From: Paraspadella gotoi
Taxonomy: Eukaryota; Animalia; Chaetognatha
Direction: 5' to 3'
DNA: 64,000 nt
NCBI GenBank assembly: GCA_051294375.1
Contig: CM119269.1
Location: 18,116,410 to 18,180,409, forward strand
The notes under the pieces are model-generated. The model was not told the DNA's origin, ran no database searches, and saw nothing but the letters and a program-made list of their open reading frames with translations. Position 1 is the stretch's first letter, and each line of letters starts with the position of its first letter. Shown piece by piece: positions 1 through 13,800 of this stretch. The translations under genes and the position numbers were made by a program.

Positions 1-125
1 CCTTTTAAGGAATGCCGATAAATTATTATATTTATAATAATAATTATATTTGTCTGTCAAATTTTGATTCACCATGGCACATCTACTACGAGATTCTCTC
101 ACTTTCAAATTTTTTTTTCTCACAG

Positions 126-2710
126 ATTTACAGTCTACAAACTCCATGTCCGCAAAGGGTCCGGCGACTCGTGGTTCGTCTTCCGTCGCTTTACCGACTT
201 TCGTCGGCTCAACGAAAAACTCGAACGCGACTTTCCTTCCGTTAAACTCACGCTACCGGCCAAGCGATGGTTCAACAAGTTCGATCATCGGTTCCTGCTG
301 CAGCGGCAGAGCGGGCTGCAGGTGAGTCGCTATTTGTAAACAAGATTGCTCGTCGGTTCCCGCTACTGGAGCAGAGCGTGCTACAGAGACGGCGGGGGCT
401 TGTTCGGATATTTTGTTCGGCAAAAAGTTCGCTGCAGTTGCAGAATTTGCTGCAGATTATGAGTTGCGTATCTGAGCTGCACCTATAAATAAGTTTTCTT
501 TCCAGGCCTTCGTCGACAACCTCATCGCCCACAAGGAGCTCGCCGCCTCGACGGCCGTGCGCGACTTCCTCTGCCTCGACGATCCTCCAGGTCCCCACGA
601 GAGTCTCGAGGAGAGCCGCGCCCTCTGCGAGGCCATGGAGGAGGAGGTGTTTGAGCTCAGGGAGCAGCTCAAGGCCAAGGACAAGCAGATCAGGATGTTG
701 AAGGAGGAGTTGGCGATGAGGGCCAATCAGAAACAAAGCTTCGCCGAGAGCTTTAGGTTCGTTAATTGGCTCCCTTTTTTGGCTGGATACTACAGGGTTG
801 GGACCCTATATCGAGACAAAACTTAACGTCCTGCTCTGTCTGAACGATATGAAACAAATCTGAAACAATAACAAATTTAAACAATTCCAGGGCGTTGTGG
901 ATGTTTTCAAATCATTTAGTCATTTTTATGCGCGCACCTTACATTGCATAGTATAAAAGCCATACTTGTTAATATTTTTCAGTGGTAGTTTCTGAATATG
1001 ATAGTGGTATCTTCAATTGACCTGATTTTAAGCTTTTCATCACTAATCAAACTTATTTAATTTTTTTTCAGTAAGTAAAACATTGTATTTTGACTTTCTT
1101 TTTTGCTATTTAAAATAGTTTAGAGATGAAACGAAAAAAAAACGTTGGAATAGCAATTTTATTTTGATTATTGTTTCGACTCTTAGTGGTAAGAGTAGAA
1201 ACATGTACAATAATAAAAATAAAATTGCTATTCCAACGTTTTTTTCGTTTCATCTCTAAAGTAAGTAAGACAAAATAGGCCTTAATCGTCGAATACTTTG
1301 TATTTCCTACCGTTTTGACCCTTTTATTATGCATTCAGAAATCTTACATGATTAACTTAATTATCTGATAATATCATTAATAATTTTTTTGATAAAAGTA
1401 AGTTTTAGTAATAATGAAACCAAAACAGTAACTTACCGAACCTTACCTGCTTACTTCAAATTATTTTAAACCAAAATGCAATGTACACCTTGCCAGAAGC
1501 ATTATTATACTATAAATGAGTATTTCCAAAAAATATTTTTAACTGTTATGTCTTGGAATGAGATTAAATAATAAGTTTTCCAACATTTTTCTTCCAAACC
1601 GCGTGGAGAAAATCGAGCAGTTGCCTTTGCTACATCAAAAAAGCAGTATATTAAAGAATTTCAAAAAGATTAAAATATCGTCTAAAAGCTAAGAGAGAGT
1701 ATTATACAAATATTAATTCAGATTTTAAAAATAATTAAGAATTTTAGAGTAACGATTTTTTAAATTTTGTTTCGATATATGGTCCCACCCCTGTAGATTG
1801 GCGTGGCTAATGAGGAGTTAGGAAACTTTAAATGGTGTTGATTACAACCGAGGCTTTGTAGGGGGTAATGATTTTGTGTCTTTAAAAGTATTTTTTTTTG
1901 TTTTTTTTTTAATAAATATTTTAATAGAGAGATTGGCAGATTGCGATGACATTATTGATAGCAAACTTTGTTTGATTCATTTATGTTTTGTTTAGTAACT
2001 CAAATTTATACTTTTGCATTCATATTGATTATTTCTTGAGTTACATACCTCCTACTCTCTCAAATTACTTTAATGATTAAAGGTTTTAAAGTCTATATAC
2101 ACGAGTTAGATTAAAACTGATCAATGTGTCTTATTTATCAGCGGCTTTTTCAATTACATAACATTATTCTTACTTCGTGATCTTACTCTTCTTAAGGTTG
2201 GACCCCGACCTCTCTTCTCGCTCCAACTTACTCACCTCTTCCCTGGCGACCTCATCCTCCACCTTGGGACTTCGGTCGCCGACTAACCGGTTCGCTCCGC
2301 GGCTGCAGAATGTGCCCTCTCCGTTGCGGCTTTCTGCCGCCAAACTTAACGGCGGCAGCTCCACCATTACCGGCCCTAGAACATACTTTCGATCGGAACA
2401 AACTTTATCCCGTCCTGACCGAAGGGACGTTGATTTTGTAGAGGAATCGCGCCCGAAGAGCAGCGCCGCTCGAACGACGATGTCGACGACGAAAATGACT
2501 TCGACGTCGACGTCAACGCCGACGACGCCTGAAGTGGCGGCGCTGGTTTTGACTTCGACATCGTCGTGTGAATCGGCGACGAGCGCTTTGGACGATGTCG
2601 GGACTGAGAAGGAACCGGCGGTGGAGACGGCGAGTGCGACAACAACAACGTCATCGAAAACCATTATGACAACATCGTTGAGATCCGTATTTGGCGGGCT
2701 TTTATCGTAA
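126..2710 (+). CDS. SNX16: Sorting nexin-16-like protein, 3' part (PX domain + coiled coil + S/T-rich tail); exons 126-321, 506-756, 2197-2710; 5' exons lie upstream of the window
   Basis: PX motif FTVYKLHV...WFVFRRFTDF..L...LP.KRWF, followed by the SNX16-characteristic FLCLDDPPGP..SLEESRA.CE. GT-AG junctions are phase-compatible. The last exon is less certain. Confidence 0.85.
793..1793. mobile_element. Non-autonomous Tc1/mariner-type element (MITE) in an SNX16 intron
   Basis: Imperfect ~33-bp terminal inverted repeats CAGGGTTGGGACCCTATATCGAGACAAAACTTA / TAAATTTTGTTTCGATATATGGTCCCACCCCTG, flanked by TA on both sides (791-792, 1794-1795). No ORF. Confidence 0.7.
1119..1260. repeat. Near-perfect ~140-bp palindrome nested in the MITE
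   Basis: TTTAGAGATGAAACGAAAAAAAAACGTTGGAATAGCAATTTTATTTT is mirrored by AAAATAAAATTGCTATTCCAACGTTTTTTTCGTTTCATCTCTAAA; centre GACTCTTA-GTGG-TAAGAGT. Confidence 0.85.
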
Positions 2711-5700
2711 CTTTTAACCGGATGCATCATCTGATTCTTTTATGAATGGTTAGTTCGACAGAAAGTCCCCACCTTTATCGTTGTTACGTAAACAATTGTT
2801 TACTAAACAATTTTTCAAGAGCTGTTAAGTGCTTAGTTTTTTTGATTCTGATACAACTCGTATTAACTTGAATATTTTTGTTTCTTTTAAAATTAGATTT
2901 AGCCTACACGAGTATTTCCATATTTCTGTATCAACCGATTCGCCATTTGTATTTAACGGTTTGTCTTGATTGCTTTACAATTTTCACCGAATTTGTTTTA
3001 TTTGATTGTAAGTTGAACTTTAAAAAAACTAATAACGAGCAAAGTTCAATAAAAAATGTTATTCCACGAAAGTCGTTCATGGATTAACAATTTAATTGCA
3101 AAAATTAAAAGCTAAATATTTTTAACATTGTTTTATGTTATTTGGCATTGTTAATGGTTTCATGTTAGCTATTTAATCATATTGATATCTTGCAATGTTT
3201 AGGTTATTATCCTTCGTGCTGATTGTTGACTGCTTCAATACTTCATTATTAGCGTTCAGATAAATGTTAAACTAATTGTTGCAAAGGTTTTCAGTCCTTT
3301 TAAATTTTAGGCGTCACTGAATTATTAATTGATAATCCGTATGTTTGTATGCAATGTTCTTTAAACTTAATCATCACATTGCTATTTATGATGGAAGAAA
3401 ATTCTTTTCTTCCTGATTGGCTATATAAACACTGAATTATATTTGCCGTGAATTGGCTAATAGGGTGAAGCGAGAAAAAGATTGAGCGAGCTAACAATAT
3501 TTTTTGGCTGCTTTTAGAAAAAAATTCAAACCCTTGAAAATTTTTTAGCATAACATCATCAGAAATGGAATTTTCTTCATAGTGAATGAGGAATTGATTA
3601 AATTAGTTGTTTTTCTTATTTTAAGAATAGATCCAGATTCGCTGCAAAAAATAAAAAAACTTTTGTAAAATATGTTATTTTAATGTTTAGGCCACGTAAA
3701 AAACCTTTCTTCATATAATAGTGATTATTATAGCGAGTAAAACTTCAGAAAATTTAAACTTTTTTCTATTTTTAACGTAGAAGACCTAAAAATTTGTAAT
3801 AACATATTTGATATTTTTTGCACTACTTTTTAAAACGAATCTGAATCTTTAATGAAAAAAGTTAAATTTATTATTTTATAAGGATATTATTAAATTTTTT
3901 ATGATTCTGTTGCACTAATAATATGAGCAAAAATATTTTTATTTCTTAATATTTATACTACTGCACGTATAATTATCATTGTTAACTTCCTCAAATCAAT
4001 TTTTTTGTTTCTGAAAGCTCCATCCTAATTGCTATAGCCAGTTAATTGTTCAACCTTATCAGAACAAGGAGAATTTTGACGATAGGGCCTTAAAGTGATT
4101 ATTAATGGTCCGACTTTAAATATTTTTTGTATGTTTTGTGCCTTTGTATTTTAAAGAGCAGAACGTTTTCCATGTTAAATAAAAATCTTTTTTTTATTTA
4201 ATTTTTTTTAAAAAGAAAACAGTAAGTAAGAAAACAACAATGAAAATTTCACGAGAGGAATCTTAAACCTTAGAAAGAGCAATTAGATTTTTGAATTTAA
4301 ATCAAGGGAAGAGATAAAAAAACATTGGGTAGAATTAGGTCCTTTGTCCCAGAAAGAAATTGTGATTTCTGACAATCCAAGCCTAGTCACTTTATTTTCA
4401 ATGAAATCGTTACACATAAAAACAAAAGATTAACAGGCGGAATTATTTTTGCTGTCTTAAAATCCAACAAGAGATTTATACAATTTAATTAAATTCCTAA
4501 CGAAAATAGGAATGCGATCGAATGAGCGCCGGTAATGAATGCCGAATCCTCTCAAAATCCCAGGAGATTCAATTTCGTAGTGATTCCTCAGTTTACTCTG
4601 CAAATAGCGCCGAGAACGATCAGTTTCAATAGAAGATTCAAGGGAAAAAAATAAAGATAAAAAAGGAAACGAAGCGAGAAAAGGCGGAGGACAAAAAAAA
4701 AAGTAAAATAAAACGTTTTTAAACGTAGATAAAAAAAAGCCCTTGTACAAGTAGATGAAACTTTTTTTTTTTGCAAATTTTTTTTCTACGAAACATCCCG
4801 AGTTTCGTCGATGTTCCCAAGGTCTCAATTTTTGTTTCATCATTCATCTTCTTTTCATTCTCAAAGTAGATGGTAGAGAATTATTAGACTGTCATTTTTG
4901 AATGTGATTTCCGCTGCCCCTGTCATAAAATGGCAAAAACAAGGAAAACAGTTCGTGACGATAACATTTATTGCCTTGGCTCTGGCATAAACCTTTCCCA
5001 CTAATTGATGAAAATTTGAAAAGGAAAAATACTTTAAATACTTAATCGCCGTCAATTTGACAAAAGATCATAACGCCCGAGGGACGAATGTGAAGAATGC
5101 CGAGAATGTCAGGCGAAGCAAGAATGTCAAACGAGGACGAGATTCTAGAACGGGAGTCATTTTCATTGACAGAGAGGGAGAGAGAAAAGAAGGACGGCGC
5201 CTCGCTTCCGAGGTTTGACGCCGACTCGAGAAGTTCTGGAGAGAGAAAAAAAAAGGAATTCATAAAGCGAGATCCTCTTTCCCTCCTAGTCGTTACAGGG
5301 TGATTGTTATCATTTGGGATTTAAAGATCTTTCCTTTTTTTTCGTATCGCTACATAAAGCATGAAAGTAAAATTTAAAAAAAAAGGTTTAAAAGTTTGAA
5401 AATGTAATGGAGAACGTAAGTTTTGAAGTAGTATTGTATTCTGGCGAAGTGTGAGATGTCACAACCGCACAGCTACATTTTCCAACCGATTCAATCGTCG
5501 TTTGGCGAAGGATCTACTTCGCTTCTCCGCAGCATCCCAACAAAAATGCGGGGCACATCATCGATGCAGATGCCGAAGGTCGACGTCTTTTGTTTGACTT
5601 CGATCGATGGCGACTTTTTTTTTTAATTCGACACAAAGATCGATCGCGACTTTGGCTTCCCTCGGGTCGGAAATGTTCGAAAAACGAATTGACTCCCCGT

Positions 5701-6029
5701 CGAAGAATTACGCCGTCGACTTGGGCCAAATACCTTTCTTCACTTGTGACTAATTTTACCCCTCCCGCTTGAATTGAATTTATTAAAGGATTTTCTTGTT
5801 TTGTGCTATCTCTGACGAATATTCTCAGTTATTTTTTTAAGTTTTCCGTAAGTTTTCCGTAAGTTCTATAACTCATGGGTTCATTCATTCTTTTTTTCAT
5901 TCATTTATTCTTTCATGCATTTATTTAGTCATTCATTTAATCATTTAGTCATTCATTTATTCTTACTATCATTCAACTGATTATCCTCTCTTTATCAAAG
6001 GGCACGAAATCTTCTTCCTCTCAAGTTCT

Positions 6030-6073
6030 TGCTCTCTCTCTCTCTCCTCTCTCTCTCTCGTCTCTTCTCTCTA

Positions 6074-6126
<53 letters not shown>

Positions 6127-6328
6127 TCACCCCAATCGAAATATTTCCCGGTCCCAGGGACCAACTTTGTCCTTTAGTCCCTCACTCACCTCTCCCACAC
6201 CTCTGGGCCTCCTTTCCCCCTCGGGTCTCGCCCCCCACCCCCACCCTCGCGGGTTCTTTTTCTCATTTAGACTTTTTTCTCAGTGACGTCAGGAAAATTC
6301 AGTTCCCCCGCTTTTTCCCTTCATCAAT

Positions 6329-6415
<87 letters not shown>

Positions 6416-6532
6416 ACAGGAAACAAAGAAAGATTTAGATGCGCTCAAAGGAGAAACAGACGAAAAAAGGAAAAAAGAGAGAAGACAATGAGAGTAAGAA
6501 AGAGAGAGAGAGAGAGGAGAGAGAGAGGAGAG

Positions 6533-6612
<80 letters not shown>

Positions 6613-6789
6613 CAATCGAGGCCATTGGGTATCTTTTCATTTTCAAGTCTGGTTGTTGATCTTCAGATTTTCGCGATTTAAAGTCGTTTGATTATTTGTC
6701 GAAAAGAAGAGAAGAAGGGATGGAGAATCTTGAGAACGATTCGAGAGGAGAGAATCAATATCCCTCTCTCTCTCTCTCTCTCTCTCTCT

Positions 6790-6822
<33 letters not shown>
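6030..6822. repeat. Cluster of (CT)n/(GA)n microsatellites
   Basis: Direct reading. Similar tracts occur at ~9400-9462, 18240-18550, 30942-31027, 50575-50902, 51677-51787 and 60644-60705. Confidence 0.95.
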
Positions 6823-6824
<2 letters not shown>

Positions 6825-7948
6825 ATCCCGAGGGGGTGAGGGGGAAGAGCGGAATCCCGCCTGAAATTCTCCGGTGAAATCCTCCGGTGGAAGCGGCCAG
6901 TTCCAGGATGGAACTGAGTACCTCTCGTTGGCACAAGGTCTTTCAGCCACTTTTCCATGCGTTACAAAAACTTGGTTACAAAAATCATTTCATTTTCTTT
7001 CGAGTTTTTTTTTTCCCAAAAGTTTTCCCGCAATATTAAAATCAGATACATTTAATTTTAAAGGCTCAATATTTTAGACGTTTCAGTTTCGGATGTCAAG
7101 TAATCTGAAGCTGGGAAAAAATGTATTCAGTCGTCATAAATATTAACTAAATTTATATGTAAAACTACAACTCACCTTTTTTAAACCCCATATTTTCTCG
7201 ATTAACGCAAAAAAGCATAGTTATCACATACCTTTAGTCAACTTATATCTGCTATCGGAGCAACGGGCTGACAGATAATCCGAAACAAATTAATAGCGGG
7301 ATTGCTCCTAGAAATACAATGAAGCAAAGCTTCATAAGGAAATCAATGAGGCCTCAGGCGATCACACCCTCGCAGAAAATTCATATAAATCGTTTACAGT
7401 CCCTTGGTTTTTTTTTCTCAGGCTCTTTGACCCCTTTTTTAGGACGAGCGCCTCTAAATCGGGACCCAAAAATCTAATTCGCTAAAAATAAAAAAAATAA
7501 AAATAAAATCTGGACCCACCCAGAATTAATTGGAACTGAACCTCATATATTTCGGACCAGAAAAAGAGAGAATTTATTTGTTCTGGCAAGACGCGCGACC
7601 GCGTCCTTCGTTCGATCATTCTTTCGTTCGTTCTTTGGGTCGATTTTCTATCAATTAGTAAATTATTTTAATTATTATTAACCACACCTCAAAGTTGCTG
7701 TAACTTTGGACTTTCGACTCGTTGTTTGACGCGTTATCTTGTAGTGTGATTTACAGTGAGGTTTATTGGTTATTTAACTCGTGATCGAGTTCTTTTGTTT
7801 CTGATCTTCCGTCGCAGTAACGGGGAAAGCACCGGGGGTGTAGCAAGAGACGAGAGAGAGAGAGAAAGAGAGAAGAGAGAGAAGAGAAAAGAGAGAGAGA
7901 ATGACAGACATACAGATAGCTTTGTGCTTCGAATGAAATCATCTGCTC

Positions 7949-8635
7949 NNNNNNNNNNNNNNNNNNNNNNNNNNNNNNNNNNNNNNNNNNNNNNNNNNNN
8001 NNNNNNNNNNNNNNNNNNNNNNNNNNNNNNNNNNNNNNNNNNNNNNNNNNNNNNNNNNNNNNNNNNNNNNNNNNNNNNNNNNNNNNNNNNNNNNNNNNNN
8101 NNNNNNNNNNNNNNNNNNNNNNNNNNNNNNNNNNNNNNNNNNNNNNNNNNNNNNNNNNNNNNNNNNNNNNNNNNNNNNNNNNNNNNNNNNNNNNNNNNNN
8201 NNNNNNNNNNNNNNNNNNNNNNNNNNNNNNNNNNNNNNNNNNNNNNNNNNNNNNNNNNNNNNNNNNNNNNNNNNNNNNNNNNNNNNNNNNNNNNNNNNNN
8301 NNNNNNNNNNNNNNNNNNNNNNNNNNNNNNNNNNNNNNNNNNNNNNNNNNNNNNNNNNNNNNNNNNNNNNNNNNNNNNNNNNNNNNNNNNNNNNNNNNNN
8401 NNNNNNNNNNNNNNNNNNNNNNNNNNNNNNNNNNNNNNNNNNNNNNNNNNNNNNNNNNNNNNNNNNNNNNNNNNNNNNNNNNNNNNNNNNNNNNNNNNNN
8501 NNNNNNNNNNNNNNNNNNNNNNNNNNNNNNNNNNNNNNNNNNNNNNNNNNNNNNNNNNNNNNNNNNNNNNNNNNNNNNNNNNNNNNNNNNNNNNNNNNNN
8601 NNNNNNNNNNNNNNNNNNNNNNNNNNNNNNNNNNN
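7949..8635. other. Assembly gap (N run)
   Basis: Ns. Other gaps are at 18595-18619, 44358-44382, 57497-57506, 57971-58330, 58405-58414, 58778-59108 and 59781-59995. Confidence 1.
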
Positions 8636-9410
8636 CTCCTCGTCCCTCTCGAAATTCCCCGGATTACCCGCCGAAATTTGCCTAAAATTGAAGAACAACT
8701 TTAACCCATGTTTTCTGATTAATAATAATTTTTTTTATAAAGGATTAAGGGTAAAAATTTTTATGTATTTCATCGCGAAGATGACATTTTTAGTTTCGAA
8801 CTATTTTTACTTATATATATATATTTTATCATAATGTATTATATTAAGTTTATTATTTTTTCGTCCCAAATCCTCAAAAATATTCTTTGTAATCTGCTTA
8901 CATCATGTCGCGTTTAAAACTTTCATATTCCATATTTGCCGGCCGGTTTAGAAAGAGACTGAGAAAATGAGAGACCTAGAGAAACAGAGAGAGAGAGAAA
9001 CTGAGAGAGAGAGAGAGAGAAAGAGAGTGAAAGAGAGAGAGAGATCATCTGTTTGTCTTAACCACTGCACCGAGTAAAAATGTTGGCTATGATTTTTAAT
9101 TTCTTTCCCATTCACCAACCGATCGGTGAGAAAAAAGAGGGAAAGAAGCGAGGGGGGGGACTCTCAGACTCAAAGAAGGAAAAATACCGGCGAGTTTAAC
9201 AAAAAAAAAAACTCCTTTTTATCTCAAGTAGAATTTATAAATATAAAACCTCTTACCTACCTGTTTATTATTATCCAAAAATTTAAATATAAATTGAATT
9301 CTTGGCAATTTAAAAAAAAGTACTTTTGGTACCTAAAATATCCCAGATATAGTATTTTTAATTAAGGTTTTTTTAAGTTGTCCCCTGATTGGAGGGAAGG
9401 AGAGAGAGAA

Positions 9411-9466
<56 letters not shown>

Positions 9467-10824
9467 CCCTGAAAATAATGAATGGAACAAGAGATGCGTT
9501 TCAAAGTTTCTTATCTCGCAACAGTTGAGATGGGCTTCTTTTTTTTCTGGATTTTTATTTTTCGCTTTTTTGGATGCTTAGGTGGTCGCCTCCCTGTTTT
9601 TTTGTTTTTTTCTGTTTCTTTCTCCGCCTGCTCTTTTGTTCTCTGTTTGTATTCCATAGATGTCGCCTCTCGACTGTTGTAATCCGTCGACCATTATCGG
9701 CCTTTCCCTCGGTGGTCATTCATGATTCGTACAACGTGACTAGTGACTACTGACCGGACTTTTCTTTTCGTTTTTTTTTGGTTTTTCTGTTATTGCCTAT
9801 CTGTCTATCGGTCTAACATAATCTCGTTTTTTTTCTTTAAATTTATATTCTAAAATTATTCAATCACACTGTTTGATAATTGATTTTTCAAAAAAGTTTT
9901 TAATGGTTCACCATTATCCTACTTTTTAAAAATAAACTCAAATTGAAGCAATTTTCCTTTTATATTTTACCTTCTAATAATTTTCCTGTACATCTCCTGA
10001 TCTGAGTGTGAAAGTGTTTCCATCGCGATGTGAATATAAAATCACAATGACGAGTCAAACAGGGGAAATTGGACGCGGGAGAAAATCGCGAATGCAAATT
10101 TTTTTCTCTCACTGACCTTAAAACGAGTTCAAATATTGGCTCGTATTTGGCGAAGTGGGTTTTTTAGCTCCTCCGCCGAAGCAGCCCCGAGCAGCAGCTA
10201 CGTAAATATCATTTTTTATAAAGAAAAAGTAGATTGAAAGAAAGAAAAAAAAGAATGAGAAAAAACATAGAAATAGATATGGAAAGAAGAAAGAAAGAAA
10301 AAAAGAAAGAAAGAAAGAAAGAAAGAAAGAGAAAAAAGCATAGAAATAAAAATGGAAAGAAAGAAGGACAGAAAGATAGATAGAACGAAAGATAGACAGA
10401 CAAATCGACAGACTGCTCAATTTGAAAAATTCAATTGTTGGTAAATCAAGGATATTTTTCTTACCATGCGAACGTTTAAAGTGCTCACTGACAAAAGAGT
10501 ATTAATAAACTTGATGCAATTTCACTTTAAACGGTTAATTAAAAGAAGAAAAATGAACAATGAAATGCATACCGATTTATTAATTGACACAAAAACGTTT
10601 AAAAAAAAAAATCGGAATAAATATTGAAAATACGTAAATAAACGGAAAATTAGCAAAGATTTCAAACCAAAATTATTTAATTCTATTTTGAATTAATAAA
10701 GTTTGTGCGAATCTTCCAATAAAGCAAAATTAAATCAGTGACAAAACAGAATTTAATGATCCGAGTCTTTATCAGTGAATCTCCTTTGATACCAATCAAA
10801 TATTGATGGCCCACCGTCACCTTC

Positions 10825-13800
10825 AGAAAATTCGCTGGAAAAAGAATCCCAGCCAGTCCTAGATTATAAAAATGATATTGAATTTATCCTTTCGTTTTGT
10901 TGTTTGTAAGTAAGATTAGGCTGGAAAAACGAAAATTGAGTTTTCTAGCAACGATTTGTTTTATTTATAAAGAACATGTTTTCGACTTGTAATTTCAAGT
11001 CTTCATCAGCATTTTTATCACATATTGATATCAATAATAATAAATTGCTATGTGAACTTAAAAATCCAACATATCGTTCATCCACCCCCAGCAGCCATTG
11101 GTGCCGGAGGCAAGTTATTTGCCTCCCAACCAAAAGTTCAGGGGTTGGGTGCTAGCCCCGTGGTTGCCTGAACAGTTAAGAGGATGGGAGCGCTTACAAC
11201 CCGCATGTAACACAGTGTTACAGCCTGATCCGAAGCTCAGGAATTGCTTATATTGAATGGTTCTGTCTCTAACACAACAATAATTACTAGCCTCTTCATT
11301 GCAATGAAGACTTGAAATTATAAGTCGAAACATGTTCATTGTTAAATAAAAACAATTGTTTTAGAAAACTCAATTTTCGTTTTTCCGCTAAAATTATATT
11401 ATAATTATCTATTATTCTCTATTTATGGTACAATTGATTCTTGATGTGTACTAGAGAATGACACAAACTTCGGTTTACCTTAACCCAGACATACACTTGC
11501 GAAGTGACGGACGCCGACGTTCCCAAATACATTCAAGAATCGAACGATGACACAGACAAACAAAACGTCTCTGCGTTCGAAAATTTTCGCGAGAGGGAGT
11601 CAGTCAGTTTGGAGAGAGGTGAGACAATTCGTTTTCAAGTGAGAACTGATTAAGAACCATTCTTTGGAGATGGTTCAATCTCGAATCAATAATTTGTTAA
11701 AATTGTTTGAACATTTTACCTCAATTACTTTTCGTCGCTTTTTCCAGGTCCGAGCGCCTCTCTAACAAATGCGCCGCGGAAGGATTTTGGGTGAAGGGTG
11801 AAAAATGGCGCAAATGTCCCTACGAGGGAAGCATTAATTGTTGCCTCACCTTCGACCAAATGGTCGGTAACCAAGTGCCACAGGATATCTGCGAAAACCC
11901 CATCAAAGTCTACGCGACCATGCAGAGGATCGCGGCTGATTAAATCGGGGAGGGAGCGGTTGCGAAGAGAGTTCAGGGGCAAGAGGCGTCCTTTTGGCTG
12001 TTCTGTTTTTTGAAGCGACAAATCTTTTTTTTTAAAACAAATTATATCGACCTAAATTGTTTTTTTGTTTTTTTCAATGTTTTCACTAATTTTATTTTGC
12101 TTTAGAAGAGGAGCTGACATTGACATCCGCGGCCATTGTTTGTCAGAGTTTAGGATTACTGAGAATTCGATGAAAATAAACGTAACTAAAAAAAAGACGG
12201 AAATTTCAGCGTGTTTTTGTTGCCGGACTTCTCTCTCTCGCTGCTTAGGATTATTCATCATTTTTTGCTATCATTTTTCCATCATTTTTGCTATCAAGTT
12301 TATTAAAATTTCCGATAATTAAATTGGGCCATTATGTGATGTTCTAATTAGTCATAAATATCACATGTGTATCGAAAATAAACATCGGAAGGCACAAATC
12401 TAAATTTAGTCGGTAAGAAAAAAAATATTCTCCTACAGCATCCACTGTACAATTATTTTACAAATTAAAGGTGATATCATTAATATAATGTATTCATTTG
12501 TACTATACATATGGTACAAAAAATTATTGATTTAATGAAGGTACTATTGAAATTCAACACCGATTTTAAGCCCGAAACAAAAAGAAACAAAGAAAAAAAA
12601 ACAAAGAAACTAAAAAACAAAGCATTAATGTCAGAAAAAAACAAACAATTATACTAACGAATCGAACGAAATCAATCGACGACGACGAAGGAAGGAAGGA
12701 ATTTCACGTCAACGGATCATCCGCTCTGCATCCGGCGTTCCGCGGCCAATCGCACACCCTCGACCAAGGGCTGAAGAAGTCCGCGCGGGCACGAGACCCG
12801 TCGGGCACGCGCCGCGGCGTCCCGCGTGCACGCACTGGTAAAAGGCGCCGCAATCGCCCGGCACCGGAAGTAACGCCGTTTGGAATCTGTTCCGGCATAG
12901 AGGACGGCCTTTTCCATCGTCGGCGACGGCGTTTCCGGAATCCTTCGTGTAACGTTCGAGTGCCGTCTTTGGAGTTTCGTCCGGCGTCGGCGCGGCTGTG
13001 GCGGCGTCGTCGTCGACCTCAGCGCCGCCATCCATTCGATTGGGTAAAGGATTGGCTGGAAATACCGTACCCATTCTCCTTTGTCGTCGCGTAACGAAAA
13101 AAATGGCGTTCGTCGTCGTCTTGTTGTTGTTGTCGTAGGAGGGGCTGGGTGTAGTCATAGATATAATTGTAGACAACCTCGCTTCCGTCGTGACTTCGGC
13201 GGCGTTGTCGTCGGCAAAAGGGTCGCCGTTCATAGACGACGACGTAACGTAGTTGGGAGTCTCGACTGAGCGCCGGCGGGAAAGTCGGCGTCGGCCAATC
13301 GCCCGCGCCGTTGTTGTTGTTGTTCGGATAAAAGACGCCGGGATTTTTAGTGAAGCTGAATCGTCGTATTCTCCCGGTTTAAAGACCACTGTGGGCGCGC
13401 CGATCGGAAAAGGCGTGAATGGACGACCGACGGCGTCGCCACCACCCCCAGATCCTGGCGACGATCCATCGTCCAGACTCCGTAGGTTCGAGTCGTCGGC
13501 GGCGGAGGCGTCGTCGTCCACCCACCGAAATTCCTCACCGTCCAAACGGCTCCCGGCGTCGTTTTCTTGACTCGGTTGTGATTCCGAAAGCCGCCGCCGC
13601 CGCCATCCCCAACGCCGCTTTCGGTTCCGAAGCGAATGAAGGACGAGAAGGCGACGGGCGACGAAGATGGTGACGGCCAATCGTTGACGGTCCAAACGCC
13701 GAAAGTCGGCGGCGGAGTAGGCGGTAGCGTCGGCGGCGGAGTAGGCGGTAGCGTTGGCGGCGGAGTCGGCGGCGTCCAGACCGACCATTCCCTCGACGGC

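Noticed and set aside
2758-2772. GAAAGTCCCC resembling RNase MRP CR-I
   Set aside because: No matching downstream GGGGCT/CR-V. It lies in the probable SNX16 3' UTR.
6029-6958. ER/LS-repeat ORFs (also at 18.1-19.2 kb and 50.5-50.9 kb)
   Set aside because: Translations of (GA)n and (GAAA)n microsatellites.
7756-8698. Long ORFs of 309 and 311 aa (also several at 57.9-60.0 kb)
   Set aside because: Their length comes from N runs.
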